Source: Actinomycetota bacterium (GTDB taxonomy: Bacteria > Actinomycetota > Acidimicrobiia > Acidimicrobiales > CADCSY01). From it: a DNA stretch of 64,000 nucleotides. A program made the translations under genes and the position numbers. Below the pieces are notes generated by a model. That model was not told the origin of the DNA. It saw only the letters and a list, made by a program, of their open reading frames with translations, and ran no database searches. Positions within the stretch are counted from its first letter, which is position 1. The number at the start of each line of letters is the position of its first letter. Of the stretch, positions 1-9,188 are shown piece by piece. The stretch spans positions 73,239 to 137,238 of the forward strand of contig SIRW01000022.1 in the NCBI GenBank assembly GCA_004366205.1, read 5' to 3'.

Positions 1-1388
1 CTGTCCCGCTTGAGCGTCTGGGCCGCCACCACGCACTCGTGCATGCAGGGCCGGTCGTAGGGCACGTCGTAGTGGCCGCGCAGGCGGTGGCGGATCCAGT
101 TGGCGTTGAGCACCGCGGCCTCGGCCACCCGGCGCAGGCCGTCCCCGCCGCAGGCGACGATGTAGGCGTAGGCCCGCACCAGCGCCAGGGCGTTCCCGTG
201 CCACCCGTGCACCCGGCCGATCGAGCGCGCCGGTGTCTCCCACCGCCACGCGCCGCTGTCGTCGCGCACCGACCGCGGGCCCGGCAGGTACGGGGCCAGG
301 CGCTCGGACACGGCGACGGGCCCGGCGCCCGGGCCGCCCCCGCCGTGGGGCACGGCGAAGGTCTTGTGCAGGTTCATGTGCACGATGTCAAAGCCCATGT
401 CGCCCGGGCGGGTGACCCCCAGGATGGCGTTGAGGTTGGCGCCGTCGTAGTAGAGCAGCCCGCCGACCTCGTGCACGGCGGCGGCGATCTCGACGATGTC
501 CTCCTCGAACAGGCCGAGGGTGTTGGGGTTGGTGAGCATGATCCCCGCCACCTCCTCGTCGAGCACCTCCCGCAACGCCGCCAGGTCGACGCACCCCCGC
601 TCGTCGGACGGGACGGTGACGGTCTCGTAGCCGCCGAGGGTCACCGAGGCGGGGTTGGTGCCGTGGGCCGAGTCGGGGATGACGACCTTGCTGCGGGGGT
701 TGCCCCGCTCGGTGTGCCACGCCCGCATCAGCAGCAGGCCGGTGAGCTCTCCCGACGCGCCCGCCGGCGGCTGGAGCGTGGCGGCGTGCATGCCCGTGAT
801 GGCGCACAGCGCCCCCTCCAGCTCACCGAGCAGCCCCAGCCAGCCCTGCGCCACCGCCTCGGGAGCAGCAGGGTGCACCCGGGTGAAGCCGGGCAGCGCC
901 GAGGCCTCGTCGCAGAGCTTGGGGTTGTACTTCATCGTGCACGAGCCCAGCGGGTAGGCCCCGAGGTCGACGGAGTACTGCCGGTGCGTGAGCCGCGTCA
1001 TGTGCCCGACGAGGTCGCGCTCGGACAGCTCGGCCACCTCGACCGGCTCGGGCCGGAGGTGCTCGGCCGGCACCAGCTCCTCAGCCGGCCAGTCGGGCAC
1101 GCCCGTGGCGCGCAACGACCACGCCCGCCGGCCGGGGGACGACAGCTCGAAGATGGTCGGCTCCTCGGCGCGGCCGACGATCGGCGCGCTCGTGGCCCGC
1201 CCCCCCGCCGCCGGACCCGGCTGCGGGCCGCCGTCGTGCGCCCGCATCCGCCCGTTCCGGCCGCTCACCGGACCACCCTGCCCCTCGTGGCCGCTCACCG
1301 GACCACCCTGCCCCTCGTGGCCGCTCACCGGACCACCCTGCCCCTCGTGGCCGCTCACCGGACCACCCTGCCCCTCGTGGCCGCTCAC
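1..1388 (-). CDS. gcvPB: Glycine dehydrogenase (aminomethyl-transferring) subunit 2 (P-protein beta). The 3' end runs off the left edge. The start is ambiguous: GTG 1388, repeat GTGs at 1358/1328/1298/1268, or ATG 1247.
   Basis: Absent from the ORF track because it is open to the window edge. Manual minus-strand translation gives VGRAEEPTIFELS, AYPLGSCTMKYNPKLCDEA, LGLLGELEGALCAITGMHAA, GVTRPGDMGFDIVHMNLHKT (PLP-lysine region) and LNANWIRHRLRGHYDVPYDRPCMHE. GTG 1388 overlaps the gcvPA TGA (GTGA). Confidence 0.85.
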   Translation of the reverse strand, partial: MSGHEGQGGPVSGHEGQGGPVSGHEGQGGPVSGHEGQGGPVSGRNGRMRAHDGGPQPGPAAGGRATSAPIVGRAEEPTIFELSSPGRRAWSLRATGVPDWPAEELVPAEHLRPEPVEVAELSERDLVGHMTRLTHRQYSVDLGAYPLGSCTMKYNPKLCDEASALPGFTRVHPAAPEAVAQGWLGLLGELEGALCAITGMHAATLQPPAGASGELTGLLLMRAWHTERGNPRSKVVIPDSAHGTNPASVTLGGYETVTVPSDERGCVDLAALREVLDEEVAGIMLTNPNTLGLFEEDIVEIAAAVHEVGGLLYYDGANLNAILGVTRPGDMGFDIVHMNLHKTFAVPHGGGGPGAGPVAVSERLAPYLPGPRSVRDDSGAWRWETPARSIGRVHGWHGNALALVRAYAYIVACGGDGLRRVAEAAVLNANWIRHRLRGHYDVPYDRPCMHECVVAAQTLKRD

Positions 1389-1410
1389 CGGACCACCTTC
1401 TCGAACGTGG
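1261..1410. repeat. 30-bp head-to-tail tandem repeat: 4 perfect copies (1261-1380) plus one degenerate copy (1381-1410, 24/30 identical) that contains the real gcvPA stop.
   Basis: The unit ccgctcaccggaccaccctgcccctcgtgg is read directly four times without a single mismatch. On the minus strand each unit carries AGGGTGG, 4 nt, then GTGA. In the gcvPB frame it encodes HEGQGGPVSG. Confidence 0.97.
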
Positions 1411-2725
1411 CGGCGTAGCGGTCGATCTCGGCGGCGGTGCGGCGCTCGGTCACCGCCACGAGCAGGCCCCGCCCGTCGGGGTCGTACTCGGGCTCGAGCG
1501 GCACCCCGGCCAGGAAGCCCTCCTCGACCATGCGCTCCACCAGGGTCGCCGCCGGCACCGGTGTGCGCACGGCGAACTCCCGCAGCACCGGGCCGTCACC
1601 CAGGGGCTCGACGCCGTCGATGGCGAGCAGCGCCTCCCGGGCGTAGCGGGTGCCGCGGGCGCAGCGCAGGGCGAGCTCGCGCAGCCCGGTGGTGCCGAGC
1701 CAGGCGAGGTGCACGGCGAAGGCCACGGCGATGAGGGTCTGGTTCGTGCAGACGTTCGACGACGCCTTCTCGCGGCGGATGTCCTGCTCCCGGGTCCGCA
1801 GCGTGGTCACGTAGGCCCGGCGGCCGTCGACGTCGACGGTCTCGCCCACGAGCCTTCCCGGCAGCCGCCGCACGTGCTCGAGCCGGCTGGCGAACAGGCC
1901 CAGGTACGGGCCCCCGAACGACAGGGCCGTGCCGAAGGGCTGTCCCTCCCCCACGGCGATGTCGGCGCCGAGCTCGCCGGGGGTGCGCAGCAGGCCCGCC
2001 GACACGGGGTCGGCGGCGACCACCGACAGCGCGCCGTGCGTGCGGGCCAGGGCGACGGCGGCGCCCACGTCCTCCAGGCGTCCCAGGTGGTTGGGCTGCT
2101 GCACCACCACGGCCGCGGGCGCGCTTCCCTCCCCCACCCCGGCCGGCCACGCCGTCACCCCGGCGGGGCCGAGGGGCACCTCGACGACGTCGTGGCCGGT
2201 ACCGGCCGCGAACGTGTGCACGACCGCCCGCCAGCTGGGGTGCACCCCCTGCGAGAGCCACACGCTGGGCCGCCCGATGGCGGCCACGGCCAGGTTCACG
2301 GCCTCGACGGTGGCGGTCGCCCCGTCGTAGAGCGAGGCGTTGGCCACCTCCATGCCGGTCAGCCGGGCGAGCAGCGTCTGGTATTCGAACAGGGCCTGGA
2401 GCACCCCCTGGGCGACCTCGGGCTGGTAGGGCGTGTAGGCGGTCACGAACTCCGAGCGGAGCGCCAGGTGGCGCACGACGGCGGGGATGTCGTGGTCGTA
2501 GGCGCCCGCACCCGCGAAGCACACCAGGTCCGCCCGGTTGCGGCCGGCGAGGGCGCCGAGGTGCTCGAGGGTGTCGGCCTCGCTGCGGCCCGCGGGCAGG
2601 TCGAGGCCCCCAGCCAGGCGCAGCGCCGCGGGCACGACCGCGAACAGCTCGTCGACAGAGCCCAGGCCCAGGTCGGCGAGCATCCCCTCGATGTCGGTGT
2701 CGGTGTGCGGCACGAACCCGGTCAC
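1385..2725 (-). CDS. gcvPA: Glycine dehydrogenase subunit 1 (P-protein alpha), 446 aa
   Basis: Distal part of track ORF 1385..3664. It begins VTGFVPHTDTDIEGML and contains SEFVTAYTPYQPEVAQGVLQ and EKASSNVCTNQ. GTG 2725 overlaps the gcvT TGA (GTGA). The upstream 313 codons of the track ORF are Arg/Gly-rich read-through. Confidence 0.92.
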   Translation of the reverse strand: MTGFVPHTDTDIEGMLADLGLGSVDELFAVVPAALRLAGGLDLPAGRSEADTLEHLGALAGRNRADLVCFAGAGAYDHDIPAVVRHLALRSEFVTAYTPYQPEVAQGVLQALFEYQTLLARLTGMEVANASLYDGATATVEAVNLAVAAIGRPSVWLSQGVHPSWRAVVHTFAAGTGHDVVEVPLGPAGVTAWPAGVGEGSAPAAVVVQQPNHLGRLEDVGAAVALARTHGALSVVAADPVSAGLLRTPGELGADIAVGEGQPFGTALSFGGPYLGLFASRLEHVRRLPGRLVGETVDVDGRRAYVTTLRTREQDIRREKASSNVCTNQTLIAVAFAVHLAWLGTTGLRELALRCARGTRYAREALLAIDGVEPLGDGPVLREFAVRTPVPAATLVERMVEEGFLAGVPLEPEYDPDGRGLLVAVTERRTAAEIDRYAATFEKVVR

Positions 2726-3786
2726 GCGGCCCTCCCGAGCTCGACGAACGGTGTCTCGACGATCCGGCCTGGCGCCTCGGTGCCCCGGAGGTCGACGGCG
2801 ACGGGGGTGCCCGGCGCCAGCTCCGGTGGGACGAACCCGAGGGCGATGCCCCGCTCGAGCACGGGCGAGAAGTTCCCGCTGGTCACCTCGCCCACCGGCG
2901 AGCCCTCGTAGAGGATCGCCTGCCCCGCCCGCGGTGGGCGCCGGCCGTCGAGCAGGATGCCGCGCAGCAGCCGGTGCGGCCCGCGCTCGCGCTCGGCCTC
3001 CAGCGCCGCCCGGCCGGGGAACGACCCCTTGCTCCACCCCACGACCCAGCCCAGGCCGGCCTGGAGCGGGGTGATCCCCGGGCCGAGCTCGTGACCGTGC
3101 AGGGGCAGCCCCGCCTCGAGCCGCAGCGTGTCGCGGGCGCCGAGGCCCGCCGGCACGGCGCCGGCGGTGACCAGCGCGTCCCAGAGCCGCTCGGCGCCCT
3201 CCGCCGGGACCGCCAGCTCGACGCCGTCCTCCCCCGTGTAGCCCGTGCCGGCGGCGACGGTGGGCCGCCCCGCGAACGGCACCCGCTGCACGTGAAAGCG
3301 CGCCACCGCCGCCGCCTCCGGGCACACCGCCCGCACCACGTCGCGCGCCGTCGGGCCCTGCACGGCCAGCACGGCCCGCTCGGCCGTCACGTCCCGGGCG
3401 GTGTCGCCGAGAGCGGCCAGCACGCGCTCGGTGTTGGAGGCGTTGGGCATCACGTCGAAGGTGGCGTCGCCCACCCACCACACGATGATGTCGTCGAGCA
3501 CCGACCCGTCGTCGTCGAGCAGGTGCGTGTACTGGGCCCGGCCCGGGCCGATGCGGCCGAGGTCGTTGCTCAGGGTGCGCTGCAGGCGGTCGAGCGCGCC
3601 CGGACCCTCGACCCGGACGGTGCCGAGGTGGCTCACGTCGAACAGCGCCGCCCCCCGCCGGCACGCCAGGTGCTCGGCGACGGTGCCGGTGGGGTACGCG
3701 AGCGGCATCTCCCAGCCCCCGAAGGGCACCATCTTCGCCCCGAGCGCGCGGTGGGTGGCGTCGAGGGGCGAGCGGGAGGGGGCCAC
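2722..3786 (-). CDS. gcvT: Aminomethyltransferase (glycine cleavage T protein)
   Basis: Contains SPLDATHRALGAKMVPFGGWEMPLAY, GYTGEDGVELAVP and RDTLRLEAGLPLHGHEL. GTG 3786 was chosen because a TACGCT box lies 6 nt upstream. The track ORF extends 55 codons further, which is implausible. Confidence 0.9.
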   Translation of the reverse strand: MAPSRSPLDATHRALGAKMVPFGGWEMPLAYPTGTVAEHLACRRGAALFDVSHLGTVRVEGPGALDRLQRTLSNDLGRIGPGRAQYTHLLDDDGSVLDDIIVWWVGDATFDVMPNASNTERVLAALGDTARDVTAERAVLAVQGPTARDVVRAVCPEAAAVARFHVQRVPFAGRPTVAAGTGYTGEDGVELAVPAEGAERLWDALVTAGAVPAGLGARDTLRLEAGLPLHGHELGPGITPLQAGLGWVVGWSKGSFPGRAALEAERERGPHRLLRGILLDGRRPPRAGQAILYEGSPVGEVTSGNFSPVLERGIALGFVPPELAPGTPVAVDLRGTEAPGRIVETPFVELGRAA

Positions 3787-3792
3787 GGCCGC

Positions 3793-3798
3793 AGCGTA
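3793..3798 (-). promoter_or_regulatory. Candidate -10 box TACGCT, 6 nt upstream of the gcvT GTG (leaderless-type arrangement)
   Basis: The minus strand reads ggTACGCTgcggccGTG and matches the actinobacterial TANNNT pattern. No -35 box was identified. Confidence 0.35.
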
Positions 3799-3859
3799 CC
3801 GCCGCGGCGACACGGCGACGGACGGGCGGGGGCGCAGTGCGCTCGCGAGCGGCCGACCG

Positions 3860-4348
3860 TCAGGAGCCGGTGGCGGCGCGGCCCCGGCCGGCGCCGGACG
3901 GCGCCGCCACGGGCGCGCCCCCGGCGGGGCGGAGCTCGTGGATGGCGGCATCGACCTCGTCCTTCACGCCGGCGAGCGGCACGATGTTGAGCACGCCTTG
4001 GCCCTTGCGGACCAGATCGACGATCTCGCCGTCGCTCGAGGCGAGCACCGAGCTCGATCCGTTGATGACGAGGTTGGCCGTGGCGATGTCCTCGCCGAGG
4101 TTCTCCCGCAGGTAGGTGATCGCCTTGCGGGCCGACTGCAGCGAGATGCCGGCGTCGAGCAGGCTCTTGATGACCTTGAGCTCGAGCAGGTCGCGGTAGG
4201 AGTACAGACGCTGGGTGCCGCTGCCGCGGGCGTCGGCGATCGACGGGCGGATCAGGTCGGTGCGGGCCCAGTAGTCGAGCTGGCGGTAGGTGATCCCGAT
4301 GATCCCGCAGACCTGCTGACCGCGGAACCCCTGCTCCTGGTCCCCCAT
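3860..4348 (-). CDS. MerR-family transcriptional regulator (counterpart of the second MerR in the actinobacterial garA-merR-BFN-merR cluster)
   Basis: HTH N-terminus QVCGIIGITYRQLDYWARTDLIRPS. ATG 4348 has GGAGGTG 7 nt upstream. The track ORF starts 3 codons earlier at GTG 4357. Confidence 0.85.
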   Translation of the reverse strand: MGDQEQGFRGQQVCGIIGITYRQLDYWARTDLIRPSIADARGSGTQRLYSYRDLLELKVIKSLLDAGISLQSARKAITYLRENLGEDIATANLVINGSSSVLASSDGEIVDLVRKGQGVLNIVPLAGVKDEVDAAIHELRPAGGAPVAAPSGAGRGRAATGS

Positions 4349-4470
4349 CCGTGTCACCTCCGCCCCGGGCCCGCCGCCAGGCGCGCCACAAACCCGTAGT
4401 TACGTTCGTGTCATTGCAGCGTACGACCGTCAGGTCCCGCCGTCAACGGGGCGTACCCACGCCTCGGCGG

Positions 4471-4965
4471 TCAGGACGCGAAGTCGTCGGGGTTGACCTG
4501 GTCGATGAACTCGCGGAACTGGTCGACCAGCTCCTCCTGCTGCTCCTCGCCGTCGCCCGCCTCGGGCACGGGGCTGGCAGCGGCGTCGAGCACGCCCTCG
4601 CTCGCGAAGATGGGGCTGCCGGTGCGCACCGCCAGGGCGACGGCGTCGGACGGCCGGCTCGACACCCGCTGGCGCCGCCCGGCCTGCACGAGCTCGATCT
4701 CGGCGAAGAACGTGTTGTCCCGCAGCTCGGTGACCTCGATGAGGGCCACGTGGACCTCGAGGGCGTCGAGCAGGTCCTTCATCAGGTCGTGGGTCATGGG
4801 CCGCATGGTGGCGATCTTCTCGAGGGCGAGCGCGATGGCCTTGGCCTCCTCGCCACCGATGTAGATGGGCAGCACCCGACGCTCACCGACGGTCTCGCGC
4901 AGGAGCACCACGGGCGTGTTGGCCGGCAGCTCCAACCGGACGCCGAGCAGCTCCATCTCCACCAC
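4471..4965 (-). CDS. Bifunctional nuclease family (DUF151/BFN) protein
   Basis: Contains LLGVRLELPANTPVVLLRE, RVLPIYIGGEEAKAIALAL, RPMTHDLMKDLL and an acidic C-terminal tail. Confidence 0.85.
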   Translation of the reverse strand: MVEMELLGVRLELPANTPVVLLRETVGERRVLPIYIGGEEAKAIALALEKIATMRPMTHDLMKDLLDALEVHVALIEVTELRDNTFFAEIELVQAGRRQRVSSRPSDAVALAVRTGSPIFASEGVLDAAASPVPEAGDGEEQQEELVDQFREFIDQVNPDDFAS

Positions 4966-4971
4966 GCCCCG

Positions 4972-4977
4972 ACCCTA
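4972..4977 (-). promoter_or_regulatory. Candidate -10 box TAGGGT, 6 nt upstream of GTG 4965 (leaderless-type)
   Basis: The minus strand reads ggTAGGGTcggggcGTG. Confidence 0.35.
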
Positions 4978-5017
4978 CCGCCTCGGCGGTGGCTGCACAC
5001 GGCCGCGCGTCGCCGGC

Positions 5018-5818
5018 TCAGCCCCCGTCGGTGTGGGCGCGGAGAGCCTGGCGGACCATGGCGGCCCGCAGGCTCTGGCCCAGCTCAGCGAGCTCACCGA
5101 GCGCCTCGACGGCGCGCTGGCGGGCGCTGGGGTTCCGCTGCTTGAGCAGCGGCATCACGACCTGCTCGAAGAAGCCGGCTTCACGCTCGGCGGCGGTGCG
5201 GTACATGCGCAGGTGGCGAGCCTCGACCCCGAATCGCATGAAGCGCCCCGCCACGCGGGCGACCACGAAGGCCTCCTCGTCGAAGTACTCCTGGCCGGCG
5301 ACCGCCCGCGGCGCGAGCAGCCCGTAGCGCTCGAGCTCGCGCACCTGCTCCACCTCGATGCCCGCAGCCGAGGCGAGCTCCTCGGCCGTGAAGCTGGCCG
5401 ACGACACACCGGCCCGCAGCGCGCCGGGCGACGCGCCGACCGCACCCGACGACGGCGGGGCCTGACGCGCCCCGCCGGTGCCGGCCTCGGCGCCGGCGGC
5501 GGGCCCGTCGCCCGGCGCCGGCGGCGGGGCCGGCGCCGGCTCGGCTGCGGGCGCGCCGGTGCGGGTGCCCTCGGCGTCGAGGCGGTCCTTGATGACGCGC
5601 AGCGGTAGGAAGTGCTCCTTCTGCTGCTGGAGGATCCACCGCAGCCGCTCCACGTCGGCGTCGTAGAACTTGCGGTAGCCCGAGGGCGTGCGCTCGGGGT
5701 CGACCAGGCCCTGGCTCTCCAGGAAGCGGATCTTGGAGATGGTGACGTCGGGGAACTCGTCCTGCAGCAGCTCCAGGACCTCGCCGATGGACAGGTAGCC
5801 GCCGGTCCCGGCGCTCAC
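5018..5818 (-). CDS. MerR-family transcriptional regulator with a Pro/Ala-rich linker and a C-terminal domain
   Basis: Contains YLSIGEVLELLQDEFPDVTISKIRFLESQGLVDPERTPSGYRKFY. GTG 5818 overlaps the upstream FHA gene TGA (GTGA). The rest of track ORF 5018..6280 is read-through. Confidence 0.85.
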   Translation of the reverse strand: MSAGTGGYLSIGEVLELLQDEFPDVTISKIRFLESQGLVDPERTPSGYRKFYDADVERLRWILQQQKEHFLPLRVIKDRLDAEGTRTGAPAAEPAPAPPPAPGDGPAAGAEAGTGGARQAPPSSGAVGASPGALRAGVSSASFTAEELASAAGIEVEQVRELERYGLLAPRAVAGQEYFDEEAFVVARVAGRFMRFGVEARHLRMYRTAAEREAGFFEQVVMPLLKQRNPSARQRAVEALGELAELGQSLRAAMVRQALRAHTDGG

Positions 5819-6300
5819 TCGCCCCCTCCGTGCGGGAAGAACACCATGCGGAACTTCCCGATCTGCACCTCGTCGCCCGGTGCGAGCGGGGCTTCCTGCT
5901 CGATGCGCTCGCGGTTCAGGTACGTCCCGTTCAGCGACCCGACGTCGCGGATGACGTAGCCCGCCTCGCCGCGCACGATCTCGGCGTGGCGGCGGGAGAC
6001 GGTGATGTCGTCGAGGAAGATCTCGCTCTCGGGGTGCCGGCCGAGGGTGGTGACCTCGTGCTCCAGCACGAATCGCGACCCGGCGTTGGGGCCCCGCTTC
6101 ACGACCAGCAGGGCCGCCCGGTCGTGGAGCTCGTCGAGGGTGACCTGCACCTCGTCGTCGCCGGCCTCGCCGACGGGCTCGCCGAGCGTGAAGGTCACGG
6201 TGTGGTCCTCGCGCAACGGCTCGAGCGGCGACCCGCACGACGAGCAGAACCGGGCGCCCTGCGGGTTCCGGTGTCCGCACTGGTTGCAGAAGACCTCCAC
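5815..6300 (-). CDS. FHA-domain protein with an N-terminal zinc ribbon (in the GarA/OdhI-like position)
   Basis: Zinc ribbon CNQCGHRNPQGARFCSSCG. FHA core TTLGRHPESEIFLDDITVSRRHAEI...GSLNGTYLN. GTG 6300 has AGGAGG 6 nt upstream. The first 22 codons of the track ORF overlap gcvH and are discounted. Confidence 0.85.
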   Translation of the reverse strand: MEVFCNQCGHRNPQGARFCSSCGSPLEPLREDHTVTFTLGEPVGEAGDDEVQVTLDELHDRAALLVVKRGPNAGSRFVLEHEVTTLGRHPESEIFLDDITVSRRHAEIVRGEAGYVIRDVGSLNGTYLNRERIEQEAPLAPGDEVQIGKFRMVFFPHGGGE

Positions 6301-6310
6301 GCCCCGCCTC

Positions 6311-6697
6311 CTAGCCCTCGATGAGCTCCCGGTAGCCCCCGGCGTCGAGCAGCTGGTCCAGCTCACCGGGATCGCTCGCTTGGATGACGCAGAGCCAGCC
6401 GGCGCCGTAGGGGTCCTCGTTGAGCCGTTGCGGTGCGTCGGCCAGCTCGCCGTTCACCTCGACGACGGTCCCCGACACCGGGGCGTAGATGTCCGAGACC
6501 GACTTCGTCGACTCGACCTCGCCGAACGTGTCGCCCGCCTCGACCGTCGCCCCGACCTCCGGCAGCTGCACGTAGACCACGTCGCCCAAGGCGTCCTGGG
6601 CGTAGTCGGTGATGCCGATCCGCACCCTGCCGTCCTCGCGGCGGGCCCACTCGTGGTCGCGGCTGTAGCGGAGGTCGTCGGGGATGTTCATCGGCAC
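6311..6697 (-). CDS. gcvH: Glycine cleavage system H protein
   Basis: Lipoyl-lysine motif GEVESTKSVSDIYAPVSG. ATG 6691 is an alternative start. Confidence 0.93.
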   Translation of the reverse strand: MPMNIPDDLRYSRDHEWARREDGRVRIGITDYAQDALGDVVYVQLPEVGATVEAGDTFGEVESTKSVSDIYAPVSGTVVEVNGELADAPQRLNEDPYGAGWLCVIQASDPGELDQLLDAGGYRELIEG

Positions 6698-6701
6698 GAC
6701 G

Positions 6702-9188
6702 CTAGCCGCGGACGAGTTGCTCGATCCGCCGGGCGTACTCGTCGGCGAGGCGCTCGGCGCCGGCGTCGGTGTCGCTCTCGGACCAGAGGTGGGTGACGGG
6801 GTCCTCGGGGTCGGGCACCGCCAGCACCCACCCGTCGTCGTGCACGACCTTCACCCCGTCGACCAGCACCAGCTCGCGGTCGGCCCGCTCGACGAGCGAC
6901 CGCATCACGAGACCCTTCTGGTCCCATGGAGTGACGACCGTGCGGTGCAGCAGGTGGACCTCGGGCAGGCCGTCGACGACCTGCGACAGCGGCAGGCCGC
7001 TGGTGGCGAGGAGCTCCAGCATGAGCGAGAAGGCGGCGATGGCGTCGAAGGCCGGCAGGAAGGCGGGCACGATGAACGCGCCGTGGTCGCTGGCGGCGAA
7101 GTCCACGGTGCCCGAGCAGGCCGCGTCCATCAGCGCCGAGGTGGTGAGCTTGGTCCAGGTGACCTTGCCGCCGACCTCGGCGACGAGCCGCTCGGCGTGG
7201 GCGGTGGCGTTCACGGGCAGGGCCACGTTGACCCCCTCGCGCGTGCGGCCGAGGAGGGCCAGGAACGCGAGCATGGCCTGGGTCGGGGTCAGGGCCCGGC
7301 CGGCGTCGTCGATGAACGTGACGTGCTCGCCGTGCGGGCCGATCACCGCCCCCAGCACCGCCCCCGAGGACTTCACGAGCGGGGCGACGCCCTCGGCGTG
7401 GCGGCCGGCGTCGAACGCCATGGCCCCGGGCGTGGAGGCGTAGGGGTTGACCGCCAGCACGTCCACCCCGAGCTTGGACAGCACGTTGGGCATGACGAAC
7501 GCGGTGGTGCCGTACGCGTAGTCGACGACCGCCTTGAACCCCGCGGCCCGCACGGCGTCGGTGTCGATGCTGCTGACCAGCGCCGCGGTGTAGTGCTCGA
7601 TGCTGCGGGGTGGGAACCCGATGTCACCGATGTCGGAGGGCACCACCCGCCGGAAGTCCTCGCGGTGGAACTGGCGCTCGATCTTGCGTTGGGTGGCCTC
7701 GGGCAGGTCGATGCCGTCGGCGTCCATGAACCGGATCACCACCGACTTCGGGTCCCCGGGCTTGAGGCGCACGGTGATCCCGCCCTGCGAGCGCTGCGAG
7801 CGCACCTGGAACCGGGTGACGGGCAGCGGCGCGACCTCGAGGTCGTCGACGTTGATGCCGCTTGCGTTGAGACCGGCCATGATCGCCCGCTTGAGCATGC
7901 GGGCCGACCGGCTGGAGTCCCGCGAGGTGGTCACGGTCGTGCCCTTCTTCAGGGTCGTGGCGTAGGCCATCGCCACCCGCGTCACCAGCTCGGGGGTGAT
8001 GTCGACGTTGGCGAGGCCCGCCACGCCGTCGCGGCCGAACAGGTTGCGGGCGCCCTTGGACTCCCACACCAGCGAGGAGTTCACGGTGGCGCCGGCCTCG
8101 ACCGTCTTGAACGGGTACACCTTCACGCCCTGGGCCAGGGAGGCCTGCTCGCCGACGAAGCACTCGTCGCCGATGACCACGCCGTCGTCGGTGCGGGCGC
8201 CGCCGCGCAGCTCGGTGCCCCGCCCCACGACCGTCCCCCGGATGCTCGCCGACGACCCGATGTAGACGTTGTCGTGGACGACCGAGCGCTCGACGTCGGC
8301 GTCGCCGTTCACGATCACGTTCGAGCCGAGCACGGCGTAGGGGCGCAGGTGCGCGCCGGCCTCGACCCGGCAGTAGTCGCCGAGCACGGCCGGGCCCTCC
8401 ACCCGGGCGGCGGGGTCGACCTCGACGCCCTCCCCCACCCAGACCCCCTCGTCGACCTGGAAGCCCGGCACCTCGACCCGGACCTTGCCGTCGAGCACGT
8501 CGTAGTGGGCCCGCACGTACGCCTCGAGCGTGCCCACGTCCTCCCAGTAGCCGTCGGTGACGCAGCCGTAGATCGGCTTCCCCGCCTCGAGCAGGGCGGG
8601 GAACACCTCGCTGGAGAAGTCGACGGGCCGGTCGGGCGCGATGTGGTCGAAGATCTCGGGCTCGAGCACGAAGATGCCGGTGTTGATCGTGTCGGAGAAC
8701 ACCTGGCCCCAGCTCGGCTTCTCGAGGAACCGGTCGATCGAGCCGTCCTCCCGGGTGATGACGATGCCGAACTCGAGGGGGTTCTCGACAGGTGTGAGGC
8801 CGATGGTGGCCAGCGCCCCCTTCCGCTCGTGGAGCTCGATCACCTGGCCCAGGTCGATGTCGGTGAGCACGTCGCCGGAGATGACGAGGAAGCGCTCGTC
8901 GAGCTCGTCCATGGCGTTGCGGACCGAGCCCGCCGTGCCGAGGGGGACCTCCTCGGTGGCGTAGACGAGCCGGACACCGAACTCGGAGCCGTCGCCGAAG
9001 TAGGTCCGGATGGCGTTGGCGAGGAAGGCGACGGTGACGACGACCTCGTCGATGCCGTGCTGGCGCAGCAGGCGGACGATGTGCTCCATCATCGGCCGGT
9101 TGACGATGGGCAGCATCGGCTTGGGGGCGTTCGACGTCAGGGGACGGAGGCGGGTGCCTTCGCCCCCGGCCATGATCACGGCTTTCAC
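6702..9188 (-). CDS. Fused sugar-1-phosphate nucleotidyltransferase (mannose-1-P guanylyltransferase-like) and phosphohexomutase-like protein, 828 aa
   Basis: Contains [24 protein letters not shown], hexapeptide-repeat middle region, and a PGM/PMM-like C-terminal half. GTG 9188 overlaps the upstream TGA (GTGA). The track ORF (1265 aa) is a read-through. Confidence 0.85.
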   Translation of the reverse strand: MKAVIMAGGEGTRLRPLTSNAPKPMLPIVNRPMMEHIVRLLRQHGIDEVVVTVAFLANAIRTYFGDGSEFGVRLVYATEEVPLGTAGSVRNAMDELDERFLVISGDVLTDIDLGQVIELHERKGALATIGLTPVENPLEFGIVITREDGSIDRFLEKPSWGQVFSDTINTGIFVLEPEIFDHIAPDRPVDFSSEVFPALLEAGKPIYGCVTDGYWEDVGTLEAYVRAHYDVLDGKVRVEVPGFQVDEGVWVGEGVEVDPAARVEGPAVLGDYCRVEAGAHLRPYAVLGSNVIVNGDADVERSVVHDNVYIGSSASIRGTVVGRGTELRGGARTDDGVVIGDECFVGEQASLAQGVKVYPFKTVEAGATVNSSLVWESKGARNLFGRDGVAGLANVDITPELVTRVAMAYATTLKKGTTVTTSRDSSRSARMLKRAIMAGLNASGINVDDLEVAPLPVTRFQVRSQRSQGGITVRLKPGDPKSVVIRFMDADGIDLPEATQRKIERQFHREDFRRVVPSDIGDIGFPPRSIEHYTAALVSSIDTDAVRAAGFKAVVDYAYGTTAFVMPNVLSKLGVDVLAVNPYASTPGAMAFDAGRHAEGVAPLVKSSGAVLGAVIGPHGEHVTFIDDAGRALTPTQAMLAFLALLGRTREGVNVALPVNATAHAERLVAEVGGKVTWTKLTTSALMDAACSGTVDFAASDHGAFIVPAFLPAFDAIAAFSLMLELLATSGLPLSQVVDGLPEVHLLHRTVVTPWDQKGLVMRSLVERADRELVLVDGVKVVHDDGWVLAVPDPEDPVTHLWSESDTDAGAERLADEYARRIEQLVRG

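Noticed and set aside
1261-1380. Possible CRISPR array suggested by 30-bp identical repeats
   Set aside because: The copies are head-to-tail with no spacers. They lie at a gene junction, and no cas genes are present in the window.
3787-3859. Glycine riboswitch upstream of gcvT
   Set aside because: Only about 73 nt separate gcvT from the MerR gene's stop. No GGAGAG…ACCGAAGGGGCAA-type aptamer core is visible. A -10 box lies 6 nt from the start codon, which implies a leaderless mRNA.
4385-4440. AT-richer patch with small palindromes (cgtagttacg, cgtacg) as a MerR operator/promoter
   Set aside because: I could not find a -35/-10 pair with the 19-bp MerR-type spacing. The downstream MerR gene has a normal Shine-Dalgarno sequence. 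The evidence is too weak to call.
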